Source: Candidatus Xenobia bacterium (lineage in GTDB: Bacteria; Vulcanimicrobiota; Xenobia; Xenobiales; QWHO01). From it: a DNA stretch of 29,592 nt. The notes under the pieces are model-generated. The model had not been told where the DNA came from and made no database searches. It saw nothing but the letters and a program-made list of their open reading frames with translations. The position numbers and the translations under genes were made by a program. Positions 17,302 to 25,737 of the stretch are shown piece after piece (position 1 is the stretch's first letter; each line of letters begins with the position of its first letter). The stretch spans positions 1-29,592 of the forward strand of contig BTUM01000093.1 of assembly GCA_045863235.1 (NCBI GenBank). Reading direction: 5' to 3'.

Positions 17302-18557
17302 ACGATCTCACCCAACCCATCGCACGCCACATCATCTCCCGCATGGGTGAAGCCGGCCAGCCGCCCGAGTTCGGCATCCGCTTCGTCAACGTGGGCAACG
17401 AGAATCTGCTCGAGATCCTGGCCCTGGACTACCTCGACCGCCTGCTCTCGGGCGCCCGTGGCTCGGCCTTCAAGCTGGTGCAGGGTTACTATGGCGGGGG
17501 CAAGACCCACTTTCTGCACTGTGTGCGCGACCTGGCCTGGCAGCGGGGATTCTTGACCGCGGTGGTCAACCTCAGCCCCAGCGAGTGCCCCTATGAGGAC
17601 CCCTACCGGGTCTACAAGGCGGTGGTGACCGCCCTGACGACCCCGCCCCGCGAGCCCGGGCTCGAGCCCAGCCGGGGCCTGCCCGACGTGCTGCGCGACC
17701 TGTATGACGACCTGTCGAGCAAGCTCGACGCCGCGGCCATGAAGACCTGGATCAAGCGCAACGCCATGCGCATCCCCGCCGACAGCCACAGCTTGCGCCG
17801 GGCCATGGCCGAGTTCCTCAACGCCCTGCAAGAGGAAGACCGCGAGGGCGAGGCCCTGCTCGAGGCCTGGCTGCGCGGCGATCAGGTGCCGCGCTCCGAG
17901 CTCAAGCGCTTCGGCCTGTTCGAATGCATAGACTCCTCCAGCGCCTTCGGGGCCCTGCGCAGCCTGTGCCAGCTGATGGTGGGCTACGGCTATCCGGGCC
18001 TGGTGCTGATGTTCGACGAGGTGGATCGCAACCTGTCTCTCTCCACCCGGCGCATCCAGGCGCTGGGCGACAACCTGCGCCAGGTGATCGACCTGTGCGG
18101 AGCCTCGATGCTGCCGGGCGTGCTCTTTCTGTACGCCGTGCCGCCCGAGTTCTTGCGACTGGTCGTGCCCGAGTATCCGGCCCTGGATCAGCGGCTCAAG
18201 AGCCCGCTGCCCATGTCGTTTCGCAGCCCCCAGGCTCCGGTCATCGATCTCGAGCAACTCGGGATGGGTCCCGAGGAGCTGCTGGTGGCCATCGGCACCC
18301 GGTTGCTGGAGATCTTCCAACTGGCCGAGGGCTGGACGGCCACCGAGGCCATCCAGCAGGGCAACCTGCAGACCCTGGCCCGGGCCTGCGCCCACTACTC
18401 CTTCGAGGTGGGCCACCGGCGGTTGTTCGTGAAGACCTGGCTGGCCTTCCTGTACCAGCAGAAGTCGAGCGGCGAGTCCTGGCTCACCGACCCGGTGGCC
18501 GAGCAGATGCTGAGCGGTACCTTCGTGCCGGCTGGAGGCGACTTCCAGGATGTCTGA
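17298..18557 (+). CDS. BrxD/DUF2791-like P-loop ATPase
   Basis: 419 aa. N-terminal GQPP...VNVG, GSAFKLVQ followed by Walker A GYYGGGKT, Walker B GLVLMFDE, YPALDQRL and PVIDL. Confidence 0.8.
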   Translation: MNDLTQPIARHIISRMGEAGQPPEFGIRFVNVGNENLLEILALDYLDRLLSGARGSAFKLVQGYYGGGKTHFLHCVRDLAWQRGFLTAVVNLSPSECPYEDPYRVYKAVVTALTTPPREPGLEPSRGLPDVLRDLYDDLSSKLDAAAMKTWIKRNAMRIPADSHSLRRAMAEFLNALQEEDREGEALLEAWLRGDQVPRSELKRFGLFECIDSSSAFGALRSLCQLMVGYGYPGLVLMFDEVDRNLSLSTRRIQALGDNLRQVIDLCGASMLPGVLFLYAVPPEFLRLVVPEYPALDQRLKSPLPMSFRSPQAPVIDLEQLGMGPEELLVAIGTRLLEIFQLAEGWTATEAIQQGNLQTLARACAHYSFEVGHRRLFVKTWLAFLYQQKSSGESWLTDPVAEQMLSGTFVPAGGDFQDV

Positions 18558-20052
18558 CCTGCCCGGCATCGGCCAGGAAATCGTCCATCCCTTCTACGGG
18601 CGCGGCACGGTGGTGCGGCACATGCGGGGCGGGCGCTACCTGATGATCGACTTCGGGGCCGGGGTGCCCTACCAGATCCGCCCCGAGGAGCTGCGGCCGA
18701 CTCCGCCGCCACAACCCTCGCGGGAGATGGTCCCCCAGCCGAAGGCCCCCGAGCCGCCTGCTCCCAAGGCAAAGCCCGTGGTCGTGCCGGCTGCCCCGCG
18801 CGACGTGCCCCAGACGGCCGCCCAGGCCCTCAAGGTGCTGGAGGCGCTGCGGGTCGGGGTTGTGCCCTCGCAGTGGATCGAGTCCTATACCGTGGCACGC
18901 GAGCTGGAGCTGGCCCTGGTGGATGGCGACCTGACCGAGGCCGCGCGCGAGGGCTCGGCCCGGGTCTTTCTGGGCGACTACGGCACGGGCAAGACGCACC
19001 TGCTCGAGTCCATCGAAAAGCGGGCCCTGGCCAACAACTTCCTGGTCTCGCGCATCACGCTGGACGATGACGAGGTCTCCCCGGCCCATCCCAAGCGGGT
19101 CTACCGGGCCCTGGTGAACCGCCTGCACTACCCCGACCAGCCCTGGGGCTACGGCCTTCGTCCCCTCTTCGACCGCCTGCTGGAGGGCCCCAAGAAGAGC
19201 CTGCCCGAGCTCAATCCGGCCAAACCCGACTTCCACCGCTACCTCTCCCCCACCCTGCTGTACTACCGCGAGCTGCAGGACGAGGCCCTGCGCGAGGCCC
19301 TGCTCGACTGGGTGGAGGGCCATCCCAGCGAGTCCAATCTCGAGCTCGAGCCTGATCTTCGCAAGAAGACCGGAGTGCGGGGCCTGCGCCTGTATGCCCT
19401 GATGGACTACCGGCCGTGGGCACACCTCTACGCCTACATGGTGGGCGGACTGGCGGTGTGGGCCAAGCTCGCCGGCTACGCGGGGCTGACCGTGCTGTTC
19501 GACGAGGCCGAGTTCTACGCGCTGCTCGGCGCGGCCGGGCGCGACTTCGCCGACCTGGTCTTCGGCTACTACGCCAGCGCCGCCATGGGCCCCGAGAAGG
19601 TGCGCTTCGACCTCGACACAGCCAAGCGTGGAGGGCACGCCGTCCACCGCAGCTTTCCCCCCCGCTACGCCCCGGTGCAGCCGCTCTACTGCGTCTTTGC
19701 CATGACCGAGGACCCGGCCGGGGTGGGGGCGCTGAGCCGCCTGCTGCCCGCCGACCGCCTCAACCGCATCCGCGCCCTGGGCCTGGAAGACTATCAGGAG
19801 CTGTGCCGCCGGCTGGTGGAGATCTACAAGCTCGCCTATCCCGACTTCACCGTAGGAGCTGAGGTGCAGCGCCCCCTGGGCCAGGTGGTCTACATCGGGG
19901 TGGACCGGGGCGTGTTCGAGAACCCCCGCCAGGTGCTCAAGTTCATCCTGGAGATGCTGGACATCTCGCGCCTTTGCCGCGACCGCATTCCTGACTACGT
20001 CAAGGAGGTGCTCGCCCACCTGCGCGGCGAGCCCTCGGAGGTGGGCGCGTGA
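18550..20052 (+). CDS. BrxD/DUF2791-like P-loop ATPase with an N-terminal Tudor/SH3-like domain
   Basis: 500 aa. EALRVGVVP...VARELE, Walker A GDYGTGKT, Walker B GLTVLFDE. N-terminal GQEIVHPFYGRGTVV...IDF followed by a Pro-rich linker. 8-nt overlap with the upstream gene. Confidence 0.8.
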   Translation: MSDLPGIGQEIVHPFYGRGTVVRHMRGGRYLMIDFGAGVPYQIRPEELRPTPPPQPSREMVPQPKAPEPPAPKAKPVVVPAAPRDVPQTAAQALKVLEALRVGVVPSQWIESYTVARELELALVDGDLTEAAREGSARVFLGDYGTGKTHLLESIEKRALANNFLVSRITLDDDEVSPAHPKRVYRALVNRLHYPDQPWGYGLRPLFDRLLEGPKKSLPELNPAKPDFHRYLSPTLLYYRELQDEALREALLDWVEGHPSESNLELEPDLRKKTGVRGLRLYALMDYRPWAHLYAYMVGGLAVWAKLAGYAGLTVLFDEAEFYALLGAAGRDFADLVFGYYASAAMGPEKVRFDLDTAKRGGHAVHRSFPPRYAPVQPLYCVFAMTEDPAGVGALSRLLPADRLNRIRALGLEDYQELCRRLVEIYKLAYPDFTVGAEVQRPLGQVVYIGVDRGVFENPRQVLKFILEMLDISRLCRDRIPDYVKEVLAHLRGEPSEVGA

Positions 20053-20462
20053 CCCCGCTGGGCAAGCTCCTCCTGGTGGACGACGACAGCAACTACCCCT
20101 TCCTGATGCGCCAGGCCTTCCTCAAGGAGGGCTGGGACGGCTTCCTGGAAGTGGCCGCGGACGGCCTGCTGGCCCAGGAGCGGCTGCAGGATCAGAGCCA
20201 GGAGCTACCCCGGGTAGTGCTGTGCGACCTCAAGCTGCCCGGGCTGCACGGCTTCGAGCTGCTGGGATGGGTGCGCTCGCAACACCACCTGCGCTGCCTG
20301 CCGATGATCATGCACAGCTGGGTGACCACCCCCGACGATCTGACCCGATCCTACCAATTGGGGGCCAACGCCTTCGTCCAAAAGCCCATGTCCTTCGAGA
20401 AGCTGCGCCAGATGGTGCGCCAGGTGGGCAGCTACTGGCTGGTCTTCAATCAGGTTTGCTAA
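20049..20462 (+). CDS. Single-domain response regulator receiver (Rcp1-like)
   Basis: 137 aa. LLLVDDD, phosphoacceptor in VVLCDLKLPG, SYQLGANAFVQKP and C-terminal YW. GTGA overlap with the upstream ATPase. Confidence 0.9.
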   Translation: MTPLGKLLLVDDDSNYPFLMRQAFLKEGWDGFLEVAADGLLAQERLQDQSQELPRVVLCDLKLPGLHGFELLGWVRSQHHLRCLPMIMHSWVTTPDDLTRSYQLGANAFVQKPMSFEKLRQMVRQVGSYWLVFNQVC

Positions 20463-21210
20463 CTTCGGCCCTCTCGATGTCGCAATAAAAGCTCAAGGCG
20501 GCGCTGCCGAGCAGAATGCCGGGCAGCATCTGGGGCACGTTGAAGGCGGTGCTCAGGATCTGCTGCAAGAAGCCCACGATGTTGGGGGGCGGGGTGACCG
20601 AGCGATACTCCCAGAACAGGGCCAGCCCGGCGCAGACCAGGGCGACCATCCCCCGCTGCACGTCGGCCTGATCGCGCGCTTTGAGCATGAGCAGGGGGGT
20701 AAACACGACCGTGAAGCTGGCCATGGCCGTAAAGTAGCTGTTGCAGAGGAAGAGGAAGAACAGCGCCCAGAGGGCGGCCACGGCCACCCAGCGGATCTGG
20801 AGCAGTCCGAAGAGGGCCAGGAACACGACGATCAGGATGAGGAAAACCAGGGCAAAGCGAGTGGCCATCTGGCAGACGCCGCAGACGGCCAGGAGGCGCA
20901 GCAGCAGAGAAACCCAGCTGGCGGTATCGCAGCGGGCCACGGCCTCGGCCCTGAGAGCGAGCGGGTTGAGCAGCTTGGAGAGCGTGCTCTTCTCGCCTCT
21001 TTCGCCTGGCTCGGGCGGCAGCGGGCCGGCCCCCCAGCGCGAGGTGGCCATCCAGTAGAGCCCGTCGATGGCGCCGGCCCAGGCGATCACCCGCATCAGG
21101 TCGGACATCCAGCTTCCCACAGCAACGTCGAGCAAAGCCAGGAGGAGAATCCAGCCCTGCAGGGCCAGGTAGAGCAGGGCCAGTGGCACGACCAGCGGCC
21201 GGTTCAGCAT
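20446..21210 (-). CDS. Polytopic membrane protein of unknown function
   Basis: About 7 hydrophobic segments. ATG 21210 follows the upstream stop directly (TGAcATG). Confidence 0.7.
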   Translation of the reverse strand: MLNRPLVVPLALLYLALQGWILLLALLDVAVGSWMSDLMRVIAWAGAIDGLYWMATSRWGAGPLPPEPGERGEKSTLSKLLNPLALRAEAVARCDTASWVSLLLRLLAVCGVCQMATRFALVFLILIVVFLALFGLLQIRWVAVAALWALFFLFLCNSYFTAMASFTVVFTPLLMLKARDQADVQRGMVALVCAGLALFWEYRSVTPPPNIVGFLQQILSTAFNVPQMLPGILLGSAALSFYCDIERAEVSKPD

Positions 21211-21211
21211 G

Positions 21212-21745
21212 TCAGCCGGGTCCGGGGGCGTTCTGGCTGGCCCACTTCTGCACCAGGCCACCCAGCAGATCCCAGATGCCCCCGGAGATCTCGTTGTAGC
21301 TCTGAGCCAGCTCCTTGCGGTTGAGGTGCAGGAGCTGGGCGCCCGAGCCGAGCGGCGTCTTGATCAACACGTAGCTGTCGATGGCTTCCTCGGTGTAGAC
21401 GATGACCGAAAGGCTCTGGAGCGGGCCCTGGCTCATGTCGGTGACGGTCCAGCCCTGCGTGCTGGTGCCCTCGAAGCGCAGCCGGGGAGCCGGCAGGGGA
21501 GGCCCTCCCATGGGGCTCTGGGCGGGCGCCATGACGGGCTGGAAGATGCCGGGCTGACCCTTGCAGGCGTCGTGCTCGGTGTCTTTGAGCTGGCCGATCT
21601 GGTCGATCTGGCCGGCCAGGCTGCTGGCGGCCTGGAAGGCGTCGGTCTCGGAAAGGTCGGTGCGCTTGGCTTCCTTGCCGAGAGTGTTGGTCTTCTGGTA
21701 CGTCTGGATCTCTTTGAGAGCCCAGGCGGGAATGCTCTTCTCCAT
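21212..21745 (-). CDS. Hypothetical protein
   Basis: Coding-like composition from ATG 21745 (MEKSIPAW); alternative GTG start at 21778. Coupled to the downstream membrane protein gene. Confidence 0.7.
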   Translation of the reverse strand: MEKSIPAWALKEIQTYQKTNTLGKEAKRTDLSETDAFQAASSLAGQIDQIGQLKDTEHDACKGQPGIFQPVMAPAQSPMGGPPLPAPRLRFEGTSTQGWTVTDMSQGPLQSLSVIVYTEEAIDSYVLIKTPLGSGAQLLHLNRKELAQSYNEISGGIWDLLGGLVQKWASQNAPGPG

Positions 21746-21850
21746 GGCCGGATTCTGCGACGGAGGGGGGCTTGACACCTGCGCCGGCTGGAGGTTGCTT
21801 CGGGCCGCGGGCCCGGGAGGACAGAGGGCCCGCGGGGTGAAGTTCTAGGC

Positions 21851-21985
21851 GATACGCCGAATCTCTCATCCCAGAGAGCGGGGGACCCAAATCAAGTCCC
21901 GGGGCGAAGCACGCAGGATGCGTGCCGGGTTAACACTCTTCCGACCCGAGCCCGTCAGCTAACCTCGCAGGCGTTCGGAAGGGAA
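21851..21985 (+). ncRNA. Cyclic di-AMP riboswitch (ydaO/yuaA leader)
   Basis: Conserved blocks in the expected order: CGCCGAATC (21855-21863), GCGGGGGACCCA (21878-21889), GGGGCGAA (21901-21908), CCCGAGCCCGTCAGCTAACCTCGCAGGCG (21945-21973). CTCTTCCGA (21936-21944) can pair with TCGGAAGGG (21975-21983). Confidence 0.9.
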
Positions 21986-22054
21986 ACGTGGGCGTGCCTG
22001 GCGGCACATCTGACGGATCCCTGTTCGAGTCATCCCGGTGGTGACTCCCAGGAC

Positions 22055-22114
22055 GCGCAGTGAGCTGAGGCCTCCCTTTCTCCTTCGGGAGGTTTCAGTC
22101 TCACTCCGCTTTCT
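22055..22114 (+). terminator. Long stem-loop in the riboswitch leader, possible terminator or expression platform
   Basis: GCGcAGTGAG-CTGAGGCCTCCC pairs with GGGAGGTTTCAGtCTCACTcCGC, followed by TTTCT. Confidence 0.55.
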
Positions 22115-22186
22115 GGTTGATGACCCCATGGGGCAGGAACGCCAGGCAAGGCGAATCGACCTTCGCGCGCTACAAAAGGAGTGCTC

Positions 22187-23059
22187 ATGCTCAAGTTTCT
22201 CATCCCTCTGGATGGCTCACCGCTCGCCCAGGCCGCCCTGCGACAGGCTGCGGGGCTGGCTGCTCACCGCTCGGCCGAGCTCGTGCTGGTCCACGTCGTG
22301 CAAGAAGCTTATCAGGGGGCCACCTTGGTTGCGCCGTACAACGACGAGCTGAAGCGCAAGGGAAGGGTCTGCCTGGAAAGCGCTCAGTCCCTGCTCGATC
22401 AGGCAGGGTTTCCGGTGCGCACCCGCATGCTGACGGGAGAGCCCGGCCCGGCGCTGATTCAGTGCGCGCGCGAGGAGAATCCCGATCTGATCGCCATGGG
22501 AACCCACGGCCGGGGAGGAATCGAGCGGCTCCTTCTTGGCAGCGTCACCGAGCACGTGCTCACCTGCGCTCCCTGCCCGGTGCTGGTTACCCGACAGGAG
22601 GAGGCCGAGCTGGACCTGTCCGCAGCCCGAGTCTGGCAGGGTTATTCCCGCGCACTGGTAGCTCTGGACGGCTCAGAGCCCTCGCACCGTTCCCTGGGAG
22701 CTCTGAGCGCCCTGATGGCCGAGAACGGGCAAGTCACCTTGCTCTCGGCGCTCGATCTTCCGATCGAGCATCACACCGCCTGGAAGGTCGCCGAAAGCAG
22801 CCAGGAGGGGTATCTGCGCGAGCAGGCTGCCACACTGGCCCGGGCGTCGCTTCAGGTAAGCTGCCTGGTGGGACAAGGCTCAGCCGCCCGCGCCATCGTG
22901 CAGAAGGCCGCTGAGCAAAAGGCCGAAGTGATCCTCGTCGGGAGCCGCGGTCGGGGAGCCGTGGCCACCCTCTTTCTGGGCAGCGTGGCCCGCGACGTGG
23001 CCCGCACCTCCGAGTGCGCCGTGCTGGTGATCCGGGGGGCGAGCGGGCTGGTGCCGTGA
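22187..23059 (+). CDS. Universal stress protein with two tandem USP domains
   Basis: LIPLDGS...DLIAMGTHGRGGIERLLLGSVTEHVL..APCPVLV and LVALDGS...ILVGSRGRG...FLGSVARDV...CAVLVIR. SD AAGGAG before ATG 22187. Confidence 0.93.
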   Translation: MLKFLIPLDGSPLAQAALRQAAGLAAHRSAELVLVHVVQEAYQGATLVAPYNDELKRKGRVCLESAQSLLDQAGFPVRTRMLTGEPGPALIQCAREENPDLIAMGTHGRGGIERLLLGSVTEHVLTCAPCPVLVTRQEEAELDLSAARVWQGYSRALVALDGSEPSHRSLGALSALMAENGQVTLLSALDLPIEHHTAWKVAESSQEGYLREQAATLARASLQVSCLVGQGSAARAIVQKAAEQKAEVILVGSRGRGAVATLFLGSVARDVARTSECAVLVIRGASGLVP

Positions 23060-25626
23060 AAGACGCCGGAGCCTCCCTGCAGGGCTTGAGTCTGGCCGAG
23101 GTGGCCACCCTGCAGGCACAGCACGGCCCCAACCGGCTGCCCCGGGCCGCCGGACCTTCGGTGGCCAGCCTGATCCTGCACCAGTTCCAGAGCCCCCTGG
23201 CGGTCGTGCTGGCGGTGGCCGGGGCGCTTTCTCTGGCCATTGGCGGCCTGGACGAAGCCCTGATGATTCTGGCAATCCTGCTCATCAATGCGGCTCTGGG
23301 GAGCTACCAAGAATGGCGAGCCGAACGCGGCGCCGCAGCCCTGCAGAAACTTCTGCGCGTGCGGGCTCGGGTGATCCGCGAAGGCCAAACCCGGGACGTC
23401 GACGCCGAGGAGCTGGTGCCCGGCGACCTGGTCCTGCTCGAGTCGGGCGACCGGGTACCGGCCGACATCCGGTTGGAGTGGTGCCACGGACTGGAGGTCA
23501 ACGAGTCGTTCTTGACCGGCGAATCGGTTCCCGTCGGCAAAGAGGCGCTGGGAACGGGCGACAAAGTACTGGCCTACGCCGCCAGCTTGGTGGTGCGTGG
23601 ACGCGCTCGGGGCGTGGTCGAGAGCATCGGGCTGGGGACGGCCGTTGGCCGGCTGGCGCGCGATGTCACCGAGCTAGCTCCGGGGCTCTCCCCGCTGCAG
23701 GTTCGCATGGAGCGGTTCACCCGCCTGGTGGCCGGAGCCACGGGAGTGGTCGTGATCCTGGTGGGCGTCCTGGGAATGAGCGTGCACGGGCACAGCCTGG
23801 TGGAGACCTTCTTCTTCGCGGTGGCGCTGGCTGTCTCGGCCATTCCCGAGGGCCTGCCCATCGCACTCACCGCCGCCCTCTCCGTGGCCGCCATCCGCAT
23901 GGCCCGCCAGGGAGTCATCGTGCGCCGCCTGCAGTCGGTGGAGGGGCTGGGCAGCTGCACCCTGGTCGCCAGCGACAAGACGGGCACGCTGACCATGAAC
24001 CAGCTCACCGTCACTGAGCTGCGGCGCCCCGGAGTCGAGCCCTGTCGGGTCCAGGGAGTCGGGTTCCAACCTGAAGGCTCCATCGATCCGGCTCTCGAGC
24101 CCGAGCTGGCTGACCGGCTGGCCCGCATCGCGGTGCTCTGCAACGAAGGCGCTCTGAGCCTGAAGGACGGGGAGTGGGTCGGCTCGGGGGATCCGACCGA
24201 CGTGGCTCTACTGGTCCTGGGTGAGAAGCTCGGCCTGCGTGCCGAGCCGGCTCGCGAGGAGCTGTCCGAGGTTTACCGCATCCCCTTCGAGCCCGAGCTG
24301 AGGTATTCAGCCTCGGTGCACCGCCAAGGCTCACGCCTGCTGGTGCTGGTCAAAGGAGCGCCCGAGGTGGTGCTGGAGCTCTCCGACGAGCCCGACCAGT
24401 CGACCTGGCTGTCCTCGGCCGAGGAGATGGGGGGCTCGGGATTGCGAGTGCTGCTGCTGGCTGACGCCGAGCTCGAGCACGGCGAGCTCGAGCCAACTCC
24501 AGAGCCCTTTCCCCTGCCTCCCCTGCGGCCCGTGGCCCTGGTGGGCATGATCGATCCTCTTCGGCCCGAGGTGCCGGCCGCCATCGACGCCTGCCGCGAT
24601 GCCGGAGTGCGGGTGATCATGGTGACCGGCGATCACCCCGTCACGGCCCTGGCCATCTCCAGGCAATTGGGACTGGCCGACCGCCCCGACCAGGTGGTCG
24701 TGGGCACGGAGCTCTCCGACGTCGCTCAGGCGCTGGAGGGGGCCCGGGTCTTCGCCCGCACGGCCCCGCATCAGAAGCTCGAGATCGTGCGGGCCGCCCA
24801 GCAAAGCGGTCATTTCGTGGCCGTCACCGGAGACGGGGTGAACGACGCCCCGGCCCTGCGCGCCGCCAACATCGGCGTGGCCATGGGGCTTTCGGGCACC
24901 GACGTAGCCCGCGAGGCGGCCAGCCTGGTGGTCTCCGACGACAACTTTGCCACCCTCGTCACCGGCATTCGCGAGGGACGCATCGCATACAACAACGTGC
25001 GCAAGGTGATTTTCCTGTTGATCTCGACCGGGGCCGCCGAGGTGGTGATGGTGATCGGCTCCTTCATGGTAGGGCTTCCCGTCCCCCTGCTGCCCTCGCA
25101 GCTCCTGTGGCTGAACCTGGTCACCAACGGCATCCAGGACGTGGCACTGGCGTTCGAGCCGGGCGAGGGGGACGAGCTGCGCCAGAGGCCGCGCTCCCCC
25201 TCCGAGCGCATCTTTGACCGGCTCATGATCGAGCGGGTCGTCCTCTCGGCTCTGGTCATGGCCGGCCTGGGCATGGCAGCCTTCACCTGGGCCCTCTCTC
25301 AGGGTTGGGAGGTCGAGGCGGCTCGCAACTTGCTCTTGTTTCTCTTCGTGATGTTAGAGATCGTCCACATCGGCAACTGCCGCTCGGAGACCCGCTCGGC
25401 CTTCGCCATCCCGCCCTGGAGAAACCCTGTCTTAATGGGGGGCTCGCTGATCGCCCTTAGTCTTCACCTTGGTGCGATGCTCACGCCTCTGGGGCAGCGG
25501 TTTCTGCACACGCAGCCGCTCGCTCTCTCGGCCGCCAGCGGGGCGGTGGCCGCCTCCTTGCTCTTGCTGCTCGTGATGGAAGCTCAAAAGCTGCTGCGCG
25601 CCCGACGACAACCCTCGTTGGTGTAG
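23056..25626 (+). CDS. Cation-transporting P-type ATPase, type II (CtpF/PacL-like)
   Basis: HGPNRL, LTGES, IPEGLP, phosphorylation motif SDKTGTLT, KGAPE, MVTGDH, TGDGVNDAPAL, WLNLVTN. GTG 23056 overlaps the USP stop (GTGA). Confidence 0.95.
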   Translation: MKDAGASLQGLSLAEVATLQAQHGPNRLPRAAGPSVASLILHQFQSPLAVVLAVAGALSLAIGGLDEALMILAILLINAALGSYQEWRAERGAAALQKLLRVRARVIREGQTRDVDAEELVPGDLVLLESGDRVPADIRLEWCHGLEVNESFLTGESVPVGKEALGTGDKVLAYAASLVVRGRARGVVESIGLGTAVGRLARDVTELAPGLSPLQVRMERFTRLVAGATGVVVILVGVLGMSVHGHSLVETFFFAVALAVSAIPEGLPIALTAALSVAAIRMARQGVIVRRLQSVEGLGSCTLVASDKTGTLTMNQLTVTELRRPGVEPCRVQGVGFQPEGSIDPALEPELADRLARIAVLCNEGALSLKDGEWVGSGDPTDVALLVLGEKLGLRAEPAREELSEVYRIPFEPELRYSASVHRQGSRLLVLVKGAPEVVLELSDEPDQSTWLSSAEEMGGSGLRVLLLADAELEHGELEPTPEPFPLPPLRPVALVGMIDPLRPEVPAAIDACRDAGVRVIMVTGDHPVTALAISRQLGLADRPDQVVVGTELSDVAQALEGARVFARTAPHQKLEIVRAAQQSGHFVAVTGDGVNDAPALRAANIGVAMGLSGTDVAREAASLVVSDDNFATLVTGIREGRIAYNNVRKVIFLLISTGAAEVVMVIGSFMVGLPVPLLPSQLLWLNLVTNGIQDVALAFEPGEGDELRQRPRSPSERIFDRLMIERVVLSALVMAGLGMAAFTWALSQGWEVEAARNLLLFLFVMLEIVHIGNCRSETRSAFAIPPWRNPVLMGGSLIALSLHLGAMLTPLGQRFLHTQPLALSAASGAVAASLLLLLVMEAQKLLRARRQPSLV

Positions 25627-25737
25627 GTCCAGTTTTGTATTGTGCCGTTCAAGTGAATGACTGGAGATTTTGCAGTATTTTGCGCCGACAGGCTTTTATG
25701 GAGGCGCCCCCGCAGGATAGGTAAACCTTCAGCACCC

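Noticed and set aside
16468..20052. Calling the DUF2791 operon BREX or Shango
   Set aside because: No PglX, PglZ, BrxC/PglY, TerB or Lhr-like helicase gene in the window.
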